A DNA stretch of 63,846 bases, filler included, from Kipferlia bialata (lineage: Eukaryota): assembly GCA_003568945.1 (NCBI GenBank). It is 4 parts of 4 records of this genome, joined end to end, with 100 filler letters (N's around TTAATTAATTAA, not from the genome) between each part and the next. Parts side by side here need not be neighbours in the genome. Positions count along the whole stretch, not along the records: positions 20,449 to 40,671 come from BDIP01000385.1; positions 40,772 to 60,989 come from BDIP01000386.1; 2 more parts are not named here. The stretch is one strand, 5' to 3'. Positions 29,501 to 41,047 of this stretch are shown piece after piece (position 1 is the first letter of the stretch; every line of letters starts with the position of its first letter). The notes beneath the pieces are model-generated. The model was not told where the DNA came from. It saw nothing but the letters and a program-made list of their open reading frames with translations, and did not search any database. The translations under genes were made by a program, and so were the position numbers.

Positions 29501-32500
29501 GATCACGGCTCCATCTACGGTAGGAGAGCATGAGTACTCTGTTCGTATTGGATCAGAGGTCGTGTCAACTGAGACTGTGTCTGTCTCCCAGAGTGTGTCT
29601 AGTGTCACCCTATCCCTGGTTCCTGAGGTGTTTGTGGTGGGAGACGCCTTTAGTATGGTAGTGGAACCCATTGATGAGTGTGGGGCAACAGTACTAGGCC
29701 AGCGTGTCTCCCTTAGGGTGACAAGTGGGTCTCTGGTGATACACGAAGCTGTTGTCTCAGATGTGGATAGTGTATACTCAGACTCCTACACGCTGGATAC
29801 TGAGGGTGTGTACACTGTATTCATGGTGGTTGGTGACGTTGAGATTACCGAGCAGATCACTGTGTCAACAGTAAGTGTCACTGCGTGTGACACTGTGTTC
29901 GACGTTTCATCCACTCTTGGTAGAGTCACAGGCCTACCTGAGTACTATGGAGAAGACTTCAGTGCTGGTGTGACTCTCTATGCTGTCAATGGCTCTGTAA
30001 TTGACTGTGATATCAGTCCAGTTATTGTGTGGTCATGTGGCGATGTACAGACTGTATGGAGTCCAGAGCTGTCACAGTACATAGTCACCGGTAGTGCCGC
30101 ACTAACTGGGGACTGCACTCTCACAGTGAGCCTTGACTCTCACACACTGGTGGCCAAGACCGTAACTCCCCTTACTGACACCCATCTGTCTCAGGGCCAG
30201 TCCTATCTGTCGGTTACTCCCCAAGTGTCAGTGGGTGAGGATGTCACGGTCTCTGTGTACCCCAAGAACCAGTATGGGATGGGGTTGACTGGCAGACTGA
30301 TCTCTGTGTCAATCCTGGCCGGCCCCTCTCCTGTTGTAATGTACCGGGGTGTGACAACCGAGGGTAACCCTGGAGAGTATACATACACTTACACACCAAC
30401 GTCAGAGGGAACCTACCGAATCAGTGGATACGTCGGCAATACCCTTCTCGAGTCCTCAGCTGATGGGAGTGTCGCTCTCTACACGGTTGCGGACTCTGGG
30501 ACAACTTACTATGTATCCACACTTTCCTCACTTAGTGGGTTGCCACAGAGAGTGTCACTTGACGAGGAAGTGGCTGGCACTCTGGTCCTTAGGGATGGTG
30601 CTGGTGCACTAGTCTCTGCCCAGCTGGATGTGAGTGTGGCATGGGATGACGGCACTCCTGGCATGGCTGTGTGGGACGGTGTGTCCACATACGCAATTAC
30701 CCTCACATCACCTACCACTATTGCGGGTGTTGGTACCCGAAGAGTAGTGGTCAGTGTTGCTACTCAACCACTAATGGAAGTTGATGTAGAAGTTGCTCTT
30801 GCCGCTGCCTCTGAAGGGGGTGCAGAAGTACACGTTACTGCCATGGCAGGGCTATTCATTGGACAGCTTCACACCTGTGAGACTGTCACACTGTCTCTGC
30901 AGCTAGTGGATAGTGGTGATGTCCCTATTACATCTGACATGAGTAGTGACCTATCCTGCGGGTGGGACGGTGCGAGAGACCTAGCACCAGAGTGGAATGG
31001 CGTTAGTATGTACACGCTTGATGTCACTGCGTCCTCCAGTGTTGGCACGTACACCGTATCATGCTACCTTGGGGCTGTATCCTTAGCTACTGAGAGTGTG
31101 TCTGTGTACCAGATACCATCTCTTGACACTAGTGTCGAGGTACCCACCAGCGTACAGGCAGGGACTGACTTCGACATACTAGTCCTCCCCGTTGATGCAT
31201 GTGGAGCACCTGTATCAGCGGTTGTGGAGGTGGAGATACTGACAGAGAGAGGCACTCTCTTGGAGCATGCCATACCTCCACCAACATCCCTTGGTAGATA
31301 CACCCACCCCACAACTATTGAGGCAGAGGGCACCTTCTCAGTGAGCGTCACAGTTGGTACACTATCCTTCACACGTGTGCTTCGTGTAGCTGCTGCACAG
31401 GTTACAGTCGCTGGTGTTGACTGCTACCTCGCAGCTTCTCTCACCACCGTGTCTGGGCTGCCTGTATACAGAGACGCACCCTTCACTGTCGATGTCACTG
31501 TCTATGACGTATCTGGGGAGAAGGTCAGTTATGATCTCTCGCCCTTAATCAACTGGACGTGTGGCACACTGGGTGTGACATGGAGAGGAAGTGTCAAGCA
31601 GTACTATGTGACAGGCAACGCTGGTGACAAAGCCTCCTGCATATTCAGTGTATCTGTGGATTCCATGGAACTGTACTCTGAGGTAGTTACACTCCAGGTT
31701 GACAGCTACCTGTCTCAGAGCCAATCTTCTATAGCTGCCGTTTCCCAAGTGGCTGTGGGTGATGACTTACTGATTGAGGTGTACCTCCGTAACCAGTATG
31801 GGAGTATACTCTCCATCCCCCAGAGCGTCACTGTGTCAGTGCTCTGTGGCCCTTCCCCCCTCACTATGGAGAAGGGGGTTGCAACTGCAGTAGCTGGAGG
31901 CACATACCAGTATACCACGTTGTTCCAGACGGAAGGTACCTACACGATCACAGCCAACGTAGGTGCCTCACAGATAGAGGACACAGTGGCTGGGAGTGTG
32001 GCGAAGTACAGACTTGATGTCGATGGCATCCCCCACTTCGTCTCTTCCAACTCGGTTCTCTCGGGACTTCCCAGCACTCTGGAGATTGGCGCTTCTGCTA
32101 CTGGCAGTCTCTCTCTCAGAGACTCTGCTGGCGTGACATCCACCACTAGGTTACCACTCACTATGTCGTGGGACGATGGCACTCCTATCAATGTCACGTG
32201 GTCTCCTGCAACCCACTCCTACCGTGTGCCAGTTGACAGTCCATCTACAATGGACGGTGGGGGTATCAGATCCCTAGATGCTTACCTTGACGGACGTCTT
32301 CTGCTGACCTACTACGTGGCAGTTGCAATGAAGGTTACGCTCGAGGTCCCCGACCTATCTACACGATCACCTGGCACTCCCAAGAGTGTGTCTGTGGATC
32401 TGTGGATTGGGGGAGTCAGTGGCCTAGATGCATATCCTTCAATGGGAACGTGTGAGAACGTGTCATTCTCTCTCAATGTACTAGATGACACAGAGACACC

Positions 32501-34880
32501 TATCCAGTATGACCTTACATCATACCTCACTATGGGATGGGATGGAGCCAAGGACATGGTACTGCGATTTGACCCTGTCTCTCACTCTTATTCATGTGAC
32601 ACTGTCAGTCCCTCTGACAGTGGTGCCCACTCCTTAGAGGTGTACCTAGAGGGTGTGTCTATTGGACATGAAAGTGTGGGTGTCAGCCAGGTCAGCGTGT
32701 CCGACCTGTCTACAGTGACAGTGCCCTCTACTGTCACACCCAATGAGGCATTTGCAGTGACTGTCATGCCTCTTGATGCCTGTCTAGCCCATGTGACAGG
32801 ACTCACTGTCGATGTACTTGTTAGAGACAGTGCAGGTCAGTCAGTGGCCCATGCCCCTGCTGTTGAGGGTATGGGTGACTACACACTGAGTGCAACACTC
32901 CCTGAGCCTGGTACATACTCGGTTATTGTCAAGTATGGATCCACATCTGTCATGACTTCTGTTACAGTGGCTGCCCCTACAGTCGAGCCAGAGCCAGAGT
33001 CCATCGGGTCTATCCGTACTATGATGTATGGGGTGATTGTGTTCTCCCTTGCCATGGGGTGTCTGTCTGTGTACAGCATCACTAGAGGTGACCACAAGAC
33101 GCTAGAGCCTTCGCGTAGCTACGACAAGAGCGAGGAAAGAGGCATCCACGTCCCTAGTCTCAAGCGCCAGGCCTCAGTCAGAGGGAGCCTACGCACCTTG
33201 CCCCAAGTGGCGGCCACTGACATGCGTCTCAACACACCCTATGGGATGTCGTCCGTGCCCCTCTCTGACACTCTCGTACCCGTCTATGTAGACACCCTTG
33301 GTAGTGCCGCCAGGTTGCTGCCTGTGGTGGTCTCCAGTGAGGAAGAGAGAGTGCAGTTAGAGAGAGATGTGGCCACTCTACAGCTGATGGGGTCTGAGTA
33401 CCACCTTCCCCTGATAGGCTATGCCGCACCTGGGTTCCTATTGGCAGACCAGGACTGGGCCGACACCCCATGTGCCACCCCACAGGTCTCGCCTAGGACA
33501 CAGACACAGAAGGATCCCGCTGTACCATCCACACTGGTGGATGCTGTCCTCAACGCATGTAGTACTGTTGTGCCACCTAGACTGTCCAACGTAGCGGCAC
33601 TGGTCTTTGCCGATATCGGAGGTGAGCTGCTGTCAGACTATCTCAGAACAGCACGCTACACAGACCAGCGTCTAGACCTGTGCCTCCAGTTAGCCAGGGC
33701 TGCGCGCCACATACAATCAGGACAGTTCCTTACACATGGCCTATCAGAGAGCAGTATTCTCGTGGACAAGGGTGGATCGATAGGGGTGTGCACCCACATC
33801 CTGGGCCACTCTCTTGATCCAGGGTCGATTCTCAAGAGAGGCCCGACTAGGGGACTGTTTGATGCCAATCCACCAGTCACCACCACACTCTCGGACGTTA
33901 CTACTCTCCTTGACACCATCTGTCCCACTGATCTTGCCACTGTCATTGCGGGTCTCTGCATGACTCTTCGTATCCATGGGGTGACAACTGACTCTGTTGA
34001 GAGAGCACTAGCTACTGCTGTCAGTGAGATTGTGACTAAGTGTGCTGATATGCCCCTCTGCTCTCGCTCTGTGGCCCAAGACTCTGTGCATCGAGCAGTC
34101 ACTGTCACGTTCCCCTTCTGTGGGGCATCCATACCCACTGGTAACAGCTGGGACTATCTCGCTGGACTGCTATTCCCAGGGGCCCCTCGGGGCCATGTAT
34201 CCAAGCTTCGCACCCGCTACTCCCAGTATGTTCTACTCGACATTCCAGCTACACGACTTCGGGGATACAAGGCGGCACTACGCCGATCCTCTCTCTCCTT
34301 TGCCCCTGGCCTGCCACTACCTACCCAGGAGTGTGTTGGAAAGATATGCTCTAGGCACAGTCGGGTGAACCCTGGCTCCGTACCCTCTGCTGTATCCAAC
34401 AGGATCATTGCATATGTGGGCACAACAGTATCCCAGGTGGCTGGGAAGAGACTGCCCCTAGTCCACGCCGGACCTCTAGGTACTGGTGTGTACATGACAA
34501 CATCGCTTAAGGCGGCCCTAGCTACTGCAGACAGCAAGGCCCAGAGAGACGGGTCTCAGGGTGTTGTACTATGCTGCGAGGCCATTCTAGGCAGGGTGGC
34601 TCCTATAGCGAGTGCCGAGAGTGGGAGTGCATACCAGTTGGTGGTGAGGGGCAGGCCTGCCACTGAGGCCGAGATCACTGTTTTGCACTCTGTGATGATG
34701 GAGAGAGGTAGCATGAAGACTGGGTTCGACGTACTCTTGGTCAAGGAGAGCAGTGTTCTACTCTTTGCTGCACTGACCCTGAAGGCCCAGGGTACGGGAC
34801 CTAGAGAGACTGTACCCAACACTCCTACCACTGATGGAGTCTCAGTGCCATTCTGCCCTGGGTCACCCTCAGAGCAGTGA
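20538..34880 (+). CDS. Giant single-pass receptor/adhesin-like protein (>4,700 aa, 5'-truncated): FG-GAP beta-propellers, Ig/filamin-like repeats, TM helix, pseudokinase, degenerate PARP-like ART domain
   Basis: ORFs 21001-26829 and 26823-34880 are joined by a 59-nt GT-AG intron (26764-26822; GE|VLATE), with upstream introns ending at 21021. FG-GAP-like motifs: WIAVGAP..GRVYMY, FGQSVSLSGDRLAVSAP, FGKSVAL. Repeats of V.P.D.CG...G.YT...PT.EG.Y.V. TM segment MMYGVIVFSLAMGCLSVYSIT at about 33021-33083. Confidence 0.85.
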
Positions 34881-35060
34881 GATAATATGTGTTTGTCTGA
34901 CCTTACTGCTGAACTGGTGTTTGATAGGTGGAATAGAATGTAATTATAATCTTCTCACTGATTGTCGCACTGACGATATGATCCGACCATATCTTCACTA
35001 ATCTATTCAGCTACTTAGTATTCATAACTCTAAGGGGTGGGGTACGTAGCTTTGGACACC

Positions 35061-38000
35061 CTAGTACCCCCCGTGCTCCTTGATGAGGTGCCTGTACACT
35101 GGTCCCTGTGTAGAGCTCACATACCCGCACTTCCAGCACCAGTGCTTGCCACAGTGGCAGTGCATGTGGTTGCACCCCGCTGTCTTGTTCACAGCCACCC
35201 CACACCCAGGGCAGGTGTGGACAGTATCGGACAGTTCTCTGAAGCTGGTCAGTGACTGGTTGAGTCTCTCCACCGCCACAGCCTCGGCCCTTCTTCCATC
35301 GCCAATGGTGATACCAACGGCGTCACAGCTGTCCTGGGGTGAGAAGGTGTACCGAAACTATATATATTAAAGTTGCATACCTGAAATGCCAGGTCGAGAT
35401 TGGCCAGACAGCAGTCAGGCACAGTGACACTGCTAGAGCACTGGTGGGCAGAGGGGAGGGCCAGACGAGGGGAGTTCTCAGCAAGCACCAAGGTGATGGG
35501 CCTCTGGGGTAGCATTGAAGACCCAGTGGCGAAGACTAGGAGGAGTCTAAGCAGGGTGTCGCTCTCTAGCCCTATCTGGGCATCCACGAAGGCGTCAAAG
35601 GCCTGGCGCAGCACCGAGCTCTCAGTGACAAATGCCACCTTGTACTGACTAGCACTGATAGGAGCCACAGAGGCTGAGGCCTTGACAAACTGGTCTAGGC
35701 TGAGGGCACTGACAGTAGACGCCCACTCTGCGTGTAGAGAGCAGTAGCCCCTGTGGATCTCTCTTCCAGCCACCATCATAAGACGGACATACGAGGTCTC
35801 AAACAGAGTGGCAAACTCGTCGCTGTTGTGCTTGGAGAGCACCTTGTCAGAGTCGGTCACACCCGGAATGGAGGTGAAGGGTACCGGATGGAGGTTGGCG
35901 AGTGTACGCAGGAGTGACCGGCGCTGGATAGGGAAGGTAGATGCAAAGACCCTAGACACAGCAGCCTCGTCCTTGAGGAAGGTGTCTATCCCTCCGTGCA
36001 TAGCTGCATACACAACCATGCCAAACAGGCCGTGGGGGAGGGGGCCGTCCAGAAGCTGAAAGGCCAGGAAGCGACCGAGTGCAGCGTAGTGCATGCGCAG
36101 ATCCTTGACGTACTCACTGTCCCTGATGCATGTGGAGTCCTGCATAAGGGTGCAGCCACATATAGAGGGGACAAGCTGGTACTCTCCTAGTCCAGCACGC
36201 TCCAGCAGAGGCACGTTGCACTTCCCCACAGGCTGCTGTAGGCAGCATACCAGCCGCATAAGTGGGCTCTGCTCCTCACTCTCTGGGTCTTCGGTACTCA
36301 GTCTGCAGTATCCCTCTATGGAAGCCGTGTCTCCAGGGTTGAAGTGGGAGACGAGAGACTCGGGAGAGCAAGGGACACTCTCTGCCTGAGCCTTCACTCC
36401 CTGCACCTGCACCCATGTCTGCCCCGCCAGAGCCTCCAGCCTCTGCACTGCGTCAGGACTGCTAGAGGCAGTGACGGCTGACTGAGCGAACAGGCCTGCC
36501 GCAGCCATGTGGTAGGCCGAGATTCTGTTCTTCTTGCTGCCTAAGCACCTGCGCACAGCACTGACCTCTCTTGCTGTCAGGTCTGGGCAGGCAAACTCCC
36601 TGTAGCGAGCCTGGCCGAAACCCCTATCAGGGCCACTGAAGACGTCCTCAACGGTGCGGCCGAAGGAGTAAACGTCTGAGAGAGAGTCAAAACACCCATC
36701 ACTGGCACTTTCGCTGTCGATATAGTGCATGGTGCCGCAGATGGTGCGTCTGAGGGTGGTGACGTAGTCCTGGCTGTTCTTGGAGATGTCAAAGTCACCT
36801 AGTGCAACAGAAGAGACCACGCCCTCGCTGTGCTTGAGGAACACGTTCTGGGGCTTGATGTCCCTGTGTACTACACGGTGGCCCTCAAGGACAGCCATGG
36901 CCAGCAGTAACTGCCTGACTATGTGGCGTCTGGTCTCGATTGGTGCCTCGGGATAGGCGCGTAGGTACTGCATGAGGTTGCAGTCGTACTTCTCTGTCAC
37001 GAGGTAGCACTTCAGCCCCTCCACGACAAGGCCCATGAACCGTACAATCAGCACGTCACGCACAGTCTGGTACACAGAGACCTCCCGTCTAGCATGCTCC
37101 ACATCTGTGATGTCGTCAAGGTTGTACTCCTTGAGGACAACAGGGAGGTTGGACTCGGGGTAGACACCCTCATACATGGGAAGCCTACCAGCCGAGGGGA
37201 ACTCAACTGGCTTGAACTGGTGGAAGGGGATATCCAGGCAGGTGCCGCAGAAGGGGGCTAGGCGGGTTGTGTCAAGGGGGTGTCTGAGGTATCTTGTCCT
37301 CAGTACCTGTGGTAAGAGTGTCTCACTATACCTAGACTGCACATGCACTACTCAATCGTACCTCAGCTGCCTCAGGGTGCTGGCTGTGACGCTGCAGCCT
37401 GGTCATGAGGCCACGTCCCCTAGTCATAGTCTCCATAATGGTGTCTCTCTCATTCTGCAGCACCCTGCTCTCAGCTTCGAGGGTATCCCGTGCCCTTTGG
37501 GACCTGGCCCTGCGGATACGCACTGCGTTGAGCTCAAGGCTCTCCTCAACCTCATCAAGCCTACAAGTGAGAGGCTACTTAACAGTGTAGGCGCAGAAGT
37601 ATATGCAATAATTGTATATGGGATACATCGTTACGACCAGCTCTACTGCGCCCGATGAGGTATAACAATGCAGTTAACCGGTACCTATCAAGTGAGATCT
37701 GGGGAAGAGCCTTCACACCCATAATGACCTCCTTCATATCCTTCTCCTCCTCTCCTCTCTGCAGCAGTCTCTGGTGGAGGTCTTGCACCCTGCTGGCAAT
37801 AGCAGTGGCACCAGCAACACTAGCTAGATCAACACCCGCTAGGGCGTCGACACACTTCTGGAGATCCTCCTGGCGAGGCATCAGAACTTCCACAGCGGTG
37901 TATGCGTCAGTGACAGAGCAGTTGTACTTGACAACGGTGCACACACGTGTGCGGACATCCAGAGACATGGCAGCAGTGGGTGCAGGGGGTATGATGGGTA

Positions 38001-40139
38001 GCAGTGCGCATACAGAGGTCACTGCTTGAAGCCACTCCTGGACACGGCCGAGGGCCTGGGTGGGGTCGACCTTGACTCCCTCTAGCTGAGCACAGCTGTT
38101 GTGGAAGGTCTTGGAGAGAGGGGTGAAGGAAGTTAGCAGAGGGGTCACGTCGCCACTGGCGAGACTGTCAATGGGGTGCTCTTCCATGAAGCACTTGAGG
38201 CTCTCAGCCGCACCAAGGAGAGCCTTGACCGAAGGGGTGAACACAGCTAGCTGGTCTAGTGTATAACCCACACCGTCTGTGTTGAGAGCGGAGACACTTG
38301 CCAGAGTGGCAGAAGCCCTCTCGGTGTCGAAGGGAGAGAAGGCATTGAACCTAGCCTCATAGTCGCTGATCTTCTCCATGAGAGAGTCTCTCTCAGCGGT
38401 GACGGCACTGAGTCTGTGTGTTTCCTGCTCAAGCACTGTGACTCTCTTCTTGGTCTCAGATAGCTGAGGTGAGTAACCTGTTAAAAATACTGTAACAATA
38501 CAGTCGTAGTTGGTCTCACTGTGTGACTCACACTATGAATAGTGAGAGGCCATAGACAATATTCACCTGGGTACCGGTGCTGGCCAGGTTCCTCTCTAGT
38601 GACTGTATCAGCTGAACAGTCCTCGGCAGAAGCTGGGAGTACGTAGTAGTAGATCCTGCTCTCAGGCTCCGGTCCAGGTCTAGGAGCTCCTGTTGCAGCT
38701 GGTCTCTCGCTCTCTGGTCCCTCCTCTTTCTATCTGCCTTGCGCCTCTCTGCCTGTGAGGGCCTCTCACGGAGCTGATCTTGGAGACGTACATCTGGTGG
38801 CACAGGATCCTCGTCTCCCACACCACCCATGTAGACAGGCACCACGTGCTGCACTGGGTTCGTGTCTGCATCTGTAACTGGTGTCTCCTCTACAACTGCC
38901 TTCTCGGGTGTGACCACCGTAGACGTCTCTCCCCCACCAACCACTGTCACGGGTCTTCCCACCATGAGACTCCTCTCACTGACCACATACACAGTGCTAT
39001 CGTTGAGAACACATGCACTGCCGGAGTCAAAGGGGACTGGCAGTGGGTCCCCCTTCCACCACTCCCGTGTCTGGGTGTTGTACATGTGGACCTGTCTACC
39101 ATGATGGGTACCCCCCATCACATGGATGTCAGTACCGAGACACACAGCGGCGGAAGCATGAGCCTGTGGTCAAATGTGAAATCAGTAATTGTGACATGAC
39201 ACGTCACTGTAGACACACTGACTCAGTGTGACACTGAGTTCGAAACGTTTCACTGTTGAAGGTGTCTCAAGAGAGAAACCACTGACAAGGAGTAGTTGTG
39301 TACAGCAGCTGTAGAGAGTTCTACACGGTCCATGAAGTGGAGGTTCTTGTCATATACTGATAAAGTAGTACTAGGTGTATATAGTACTAAGCATCCGGAT
39401 ATATGTTGTATACATATGTGCACACACGTATATGTATATTGAGTAGAAATACACCCACCTTGAATGGAAGAGGGGTCTCCTGGCTCCAGCTGGTGCCATC
39501 AAACGTCAGGTGCATGTCCTGACAAACACCCCCCATCACATGAGCAGCGTCCCCTACAGTCACTACACAAGCACTCTCGAAGCCAACAGGAGCATCAGAC
39601 ACACGACGCCACACAGATGTGTCAGGATTGAACTCCCAGCAGTCCCGGAGGGCCGGGGACCTCTTGCTGGAGTATCCGCCAGCCACGTATAGCATGCCAC
39701 CGAGGGTAAAGGCACTGTGGTTCATGCGCTGCTTGGGGCGCTGGCCTGAAGACAGGGATATCCACTCCTTGCTCTGGATGGTGTAGCGGAAGAGAGTGTT
39801 GAGAGTCCCATGCTTCTTGGTGCGTCCCCCAAAGACAAACACATAGTCACCAATGCGTGTAGCGGTGGCGCCCTGGGTACCGGAGAGTACCTTGCAGCCC
39901 TTGCCGGCAGATGGGTCTGCTATCAGGGCCCCGGCCGCAACCTCAGTGAGCAGCACTGTCTTGGTCAGCGGGTTGCGCTGATGGTCCAAGCCATTGTTTA
40001 CCCCAACAACCATGACAGGGCCGCTGTAGCCGTTATCTGTCAAGGGACCCAGGGGAGCCAGGCATGGCCGCCCCTCACCCTTACACTCGAGGTGGGTCTG
40101 GACGGTATAGGCCAGTCCGACTGACACCGCCATAGACAT
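35061..40139 (-). CDS. Kelch repeats / coiled coil / Ser/Thr kinase / HECT-like E3 / RBR-type RING2 fusion, 6 exons, 1,484 aa
   Basis: Exons 40139-39459, 39163-38567, 38463-37685, 37560-37362, 37306-35381 and 35333-35061 are all GT-AG and total 4,455 nt in frame. Kelch motifs YVFVFGG, LYVAGG, IHVMGG. Kinase motifs VVLKEY, HRDIKPQN, GDFD. HECT-like motifs LGRFLA and LLVFATGSS.LP...LPSAHQC. RING2 motif CPGC...KTAGCNHMHCHCGKHWCWKC. Confidence 0.85.
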
Positions 40140-40671
40140 CGTGTTGAAGAGAAGTAGAGAGCTCAGAAGGAATACTTGAGAGGAGTGGCCAGGATTCAGG
40201 TATACAGTTGACGAGCATCCCTCAACAGTGGTGCCCTTGACACCTTTCCTTCGGACCGTGTAGGATGTGCATCAACGCCACTTGTGTAGCAAGTGTAACT
40301 GTTGTTCAATTATTCCTAAGTTAGGAATCCTAACTGTTACCTTTAGTGCACTCAGTAAGGACCATAAATACAACGGAGCGGAGAGACAGAGAGAGGATTC
40401 TTTAGAGTTATTATTAGAGTCTATTCACTGTGCACATTCAAGACACGTATAACGTATCCTTCCGTATGTAGGCGGCGCTAGTAGATCACCATGCCATACC
40501 GAAACTAGACAGAGGGAGTGTAAGGCATAGTACCAGGGTGGAATGGATACCCCAACTGATCATCACCAACACCAACACCAAATACTACAACCAGTTCGCC
40601 GATGCCCTAATAATCGAGGGTGTGTGTGTGTGTGTGGGGGGGGGGGGACGATGACCCCACAACATCACCAC

Positions 40672-40771
40672 NNNNNNNNNNNNNNNNNNNNNNNNNNNNN
40701 NNNNNNNNNNNNNNNTTAATTAATTAANNNNNNNNNNNNNNNNNNNNNNNNNNNNNNNNNNNNNNNNNNNN
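40672..40771. other. Artificial contig linker
   Basis: Same N-TTAATTAATTAA-N structure as the first linker. Confidence 0.95.
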
Positions 40772-40784
40772 TTAAGTTCCTTCT

Positions 40785-40817
<33 letters not shown>

Positions 40818-40891
40818 TCATTCAATAGGAACCAGCACCCCTCTCTCTCTTTATGCATGTATGTTGATGTCATCTAATCCAGCACTGTATC

Positions 40892-40924
<33 letters not shown>

Positions 40925-41047
40925 TTCGCTTTTGTCTATATATGCTCCTCATATAGATGCACTGTGGCCACCTTCACCGACCTCCTCAACCATATCTCTC
41001 TCTCTCTCATTATACATATCTATATCATACTACTCATACTAATGCAG

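Noticed and set aside
21001..34880. Two separate genes or a programmed frameshift at 26823-26829
   Set aside because: A canonical 59-nt GT-AG intron joins the frames.
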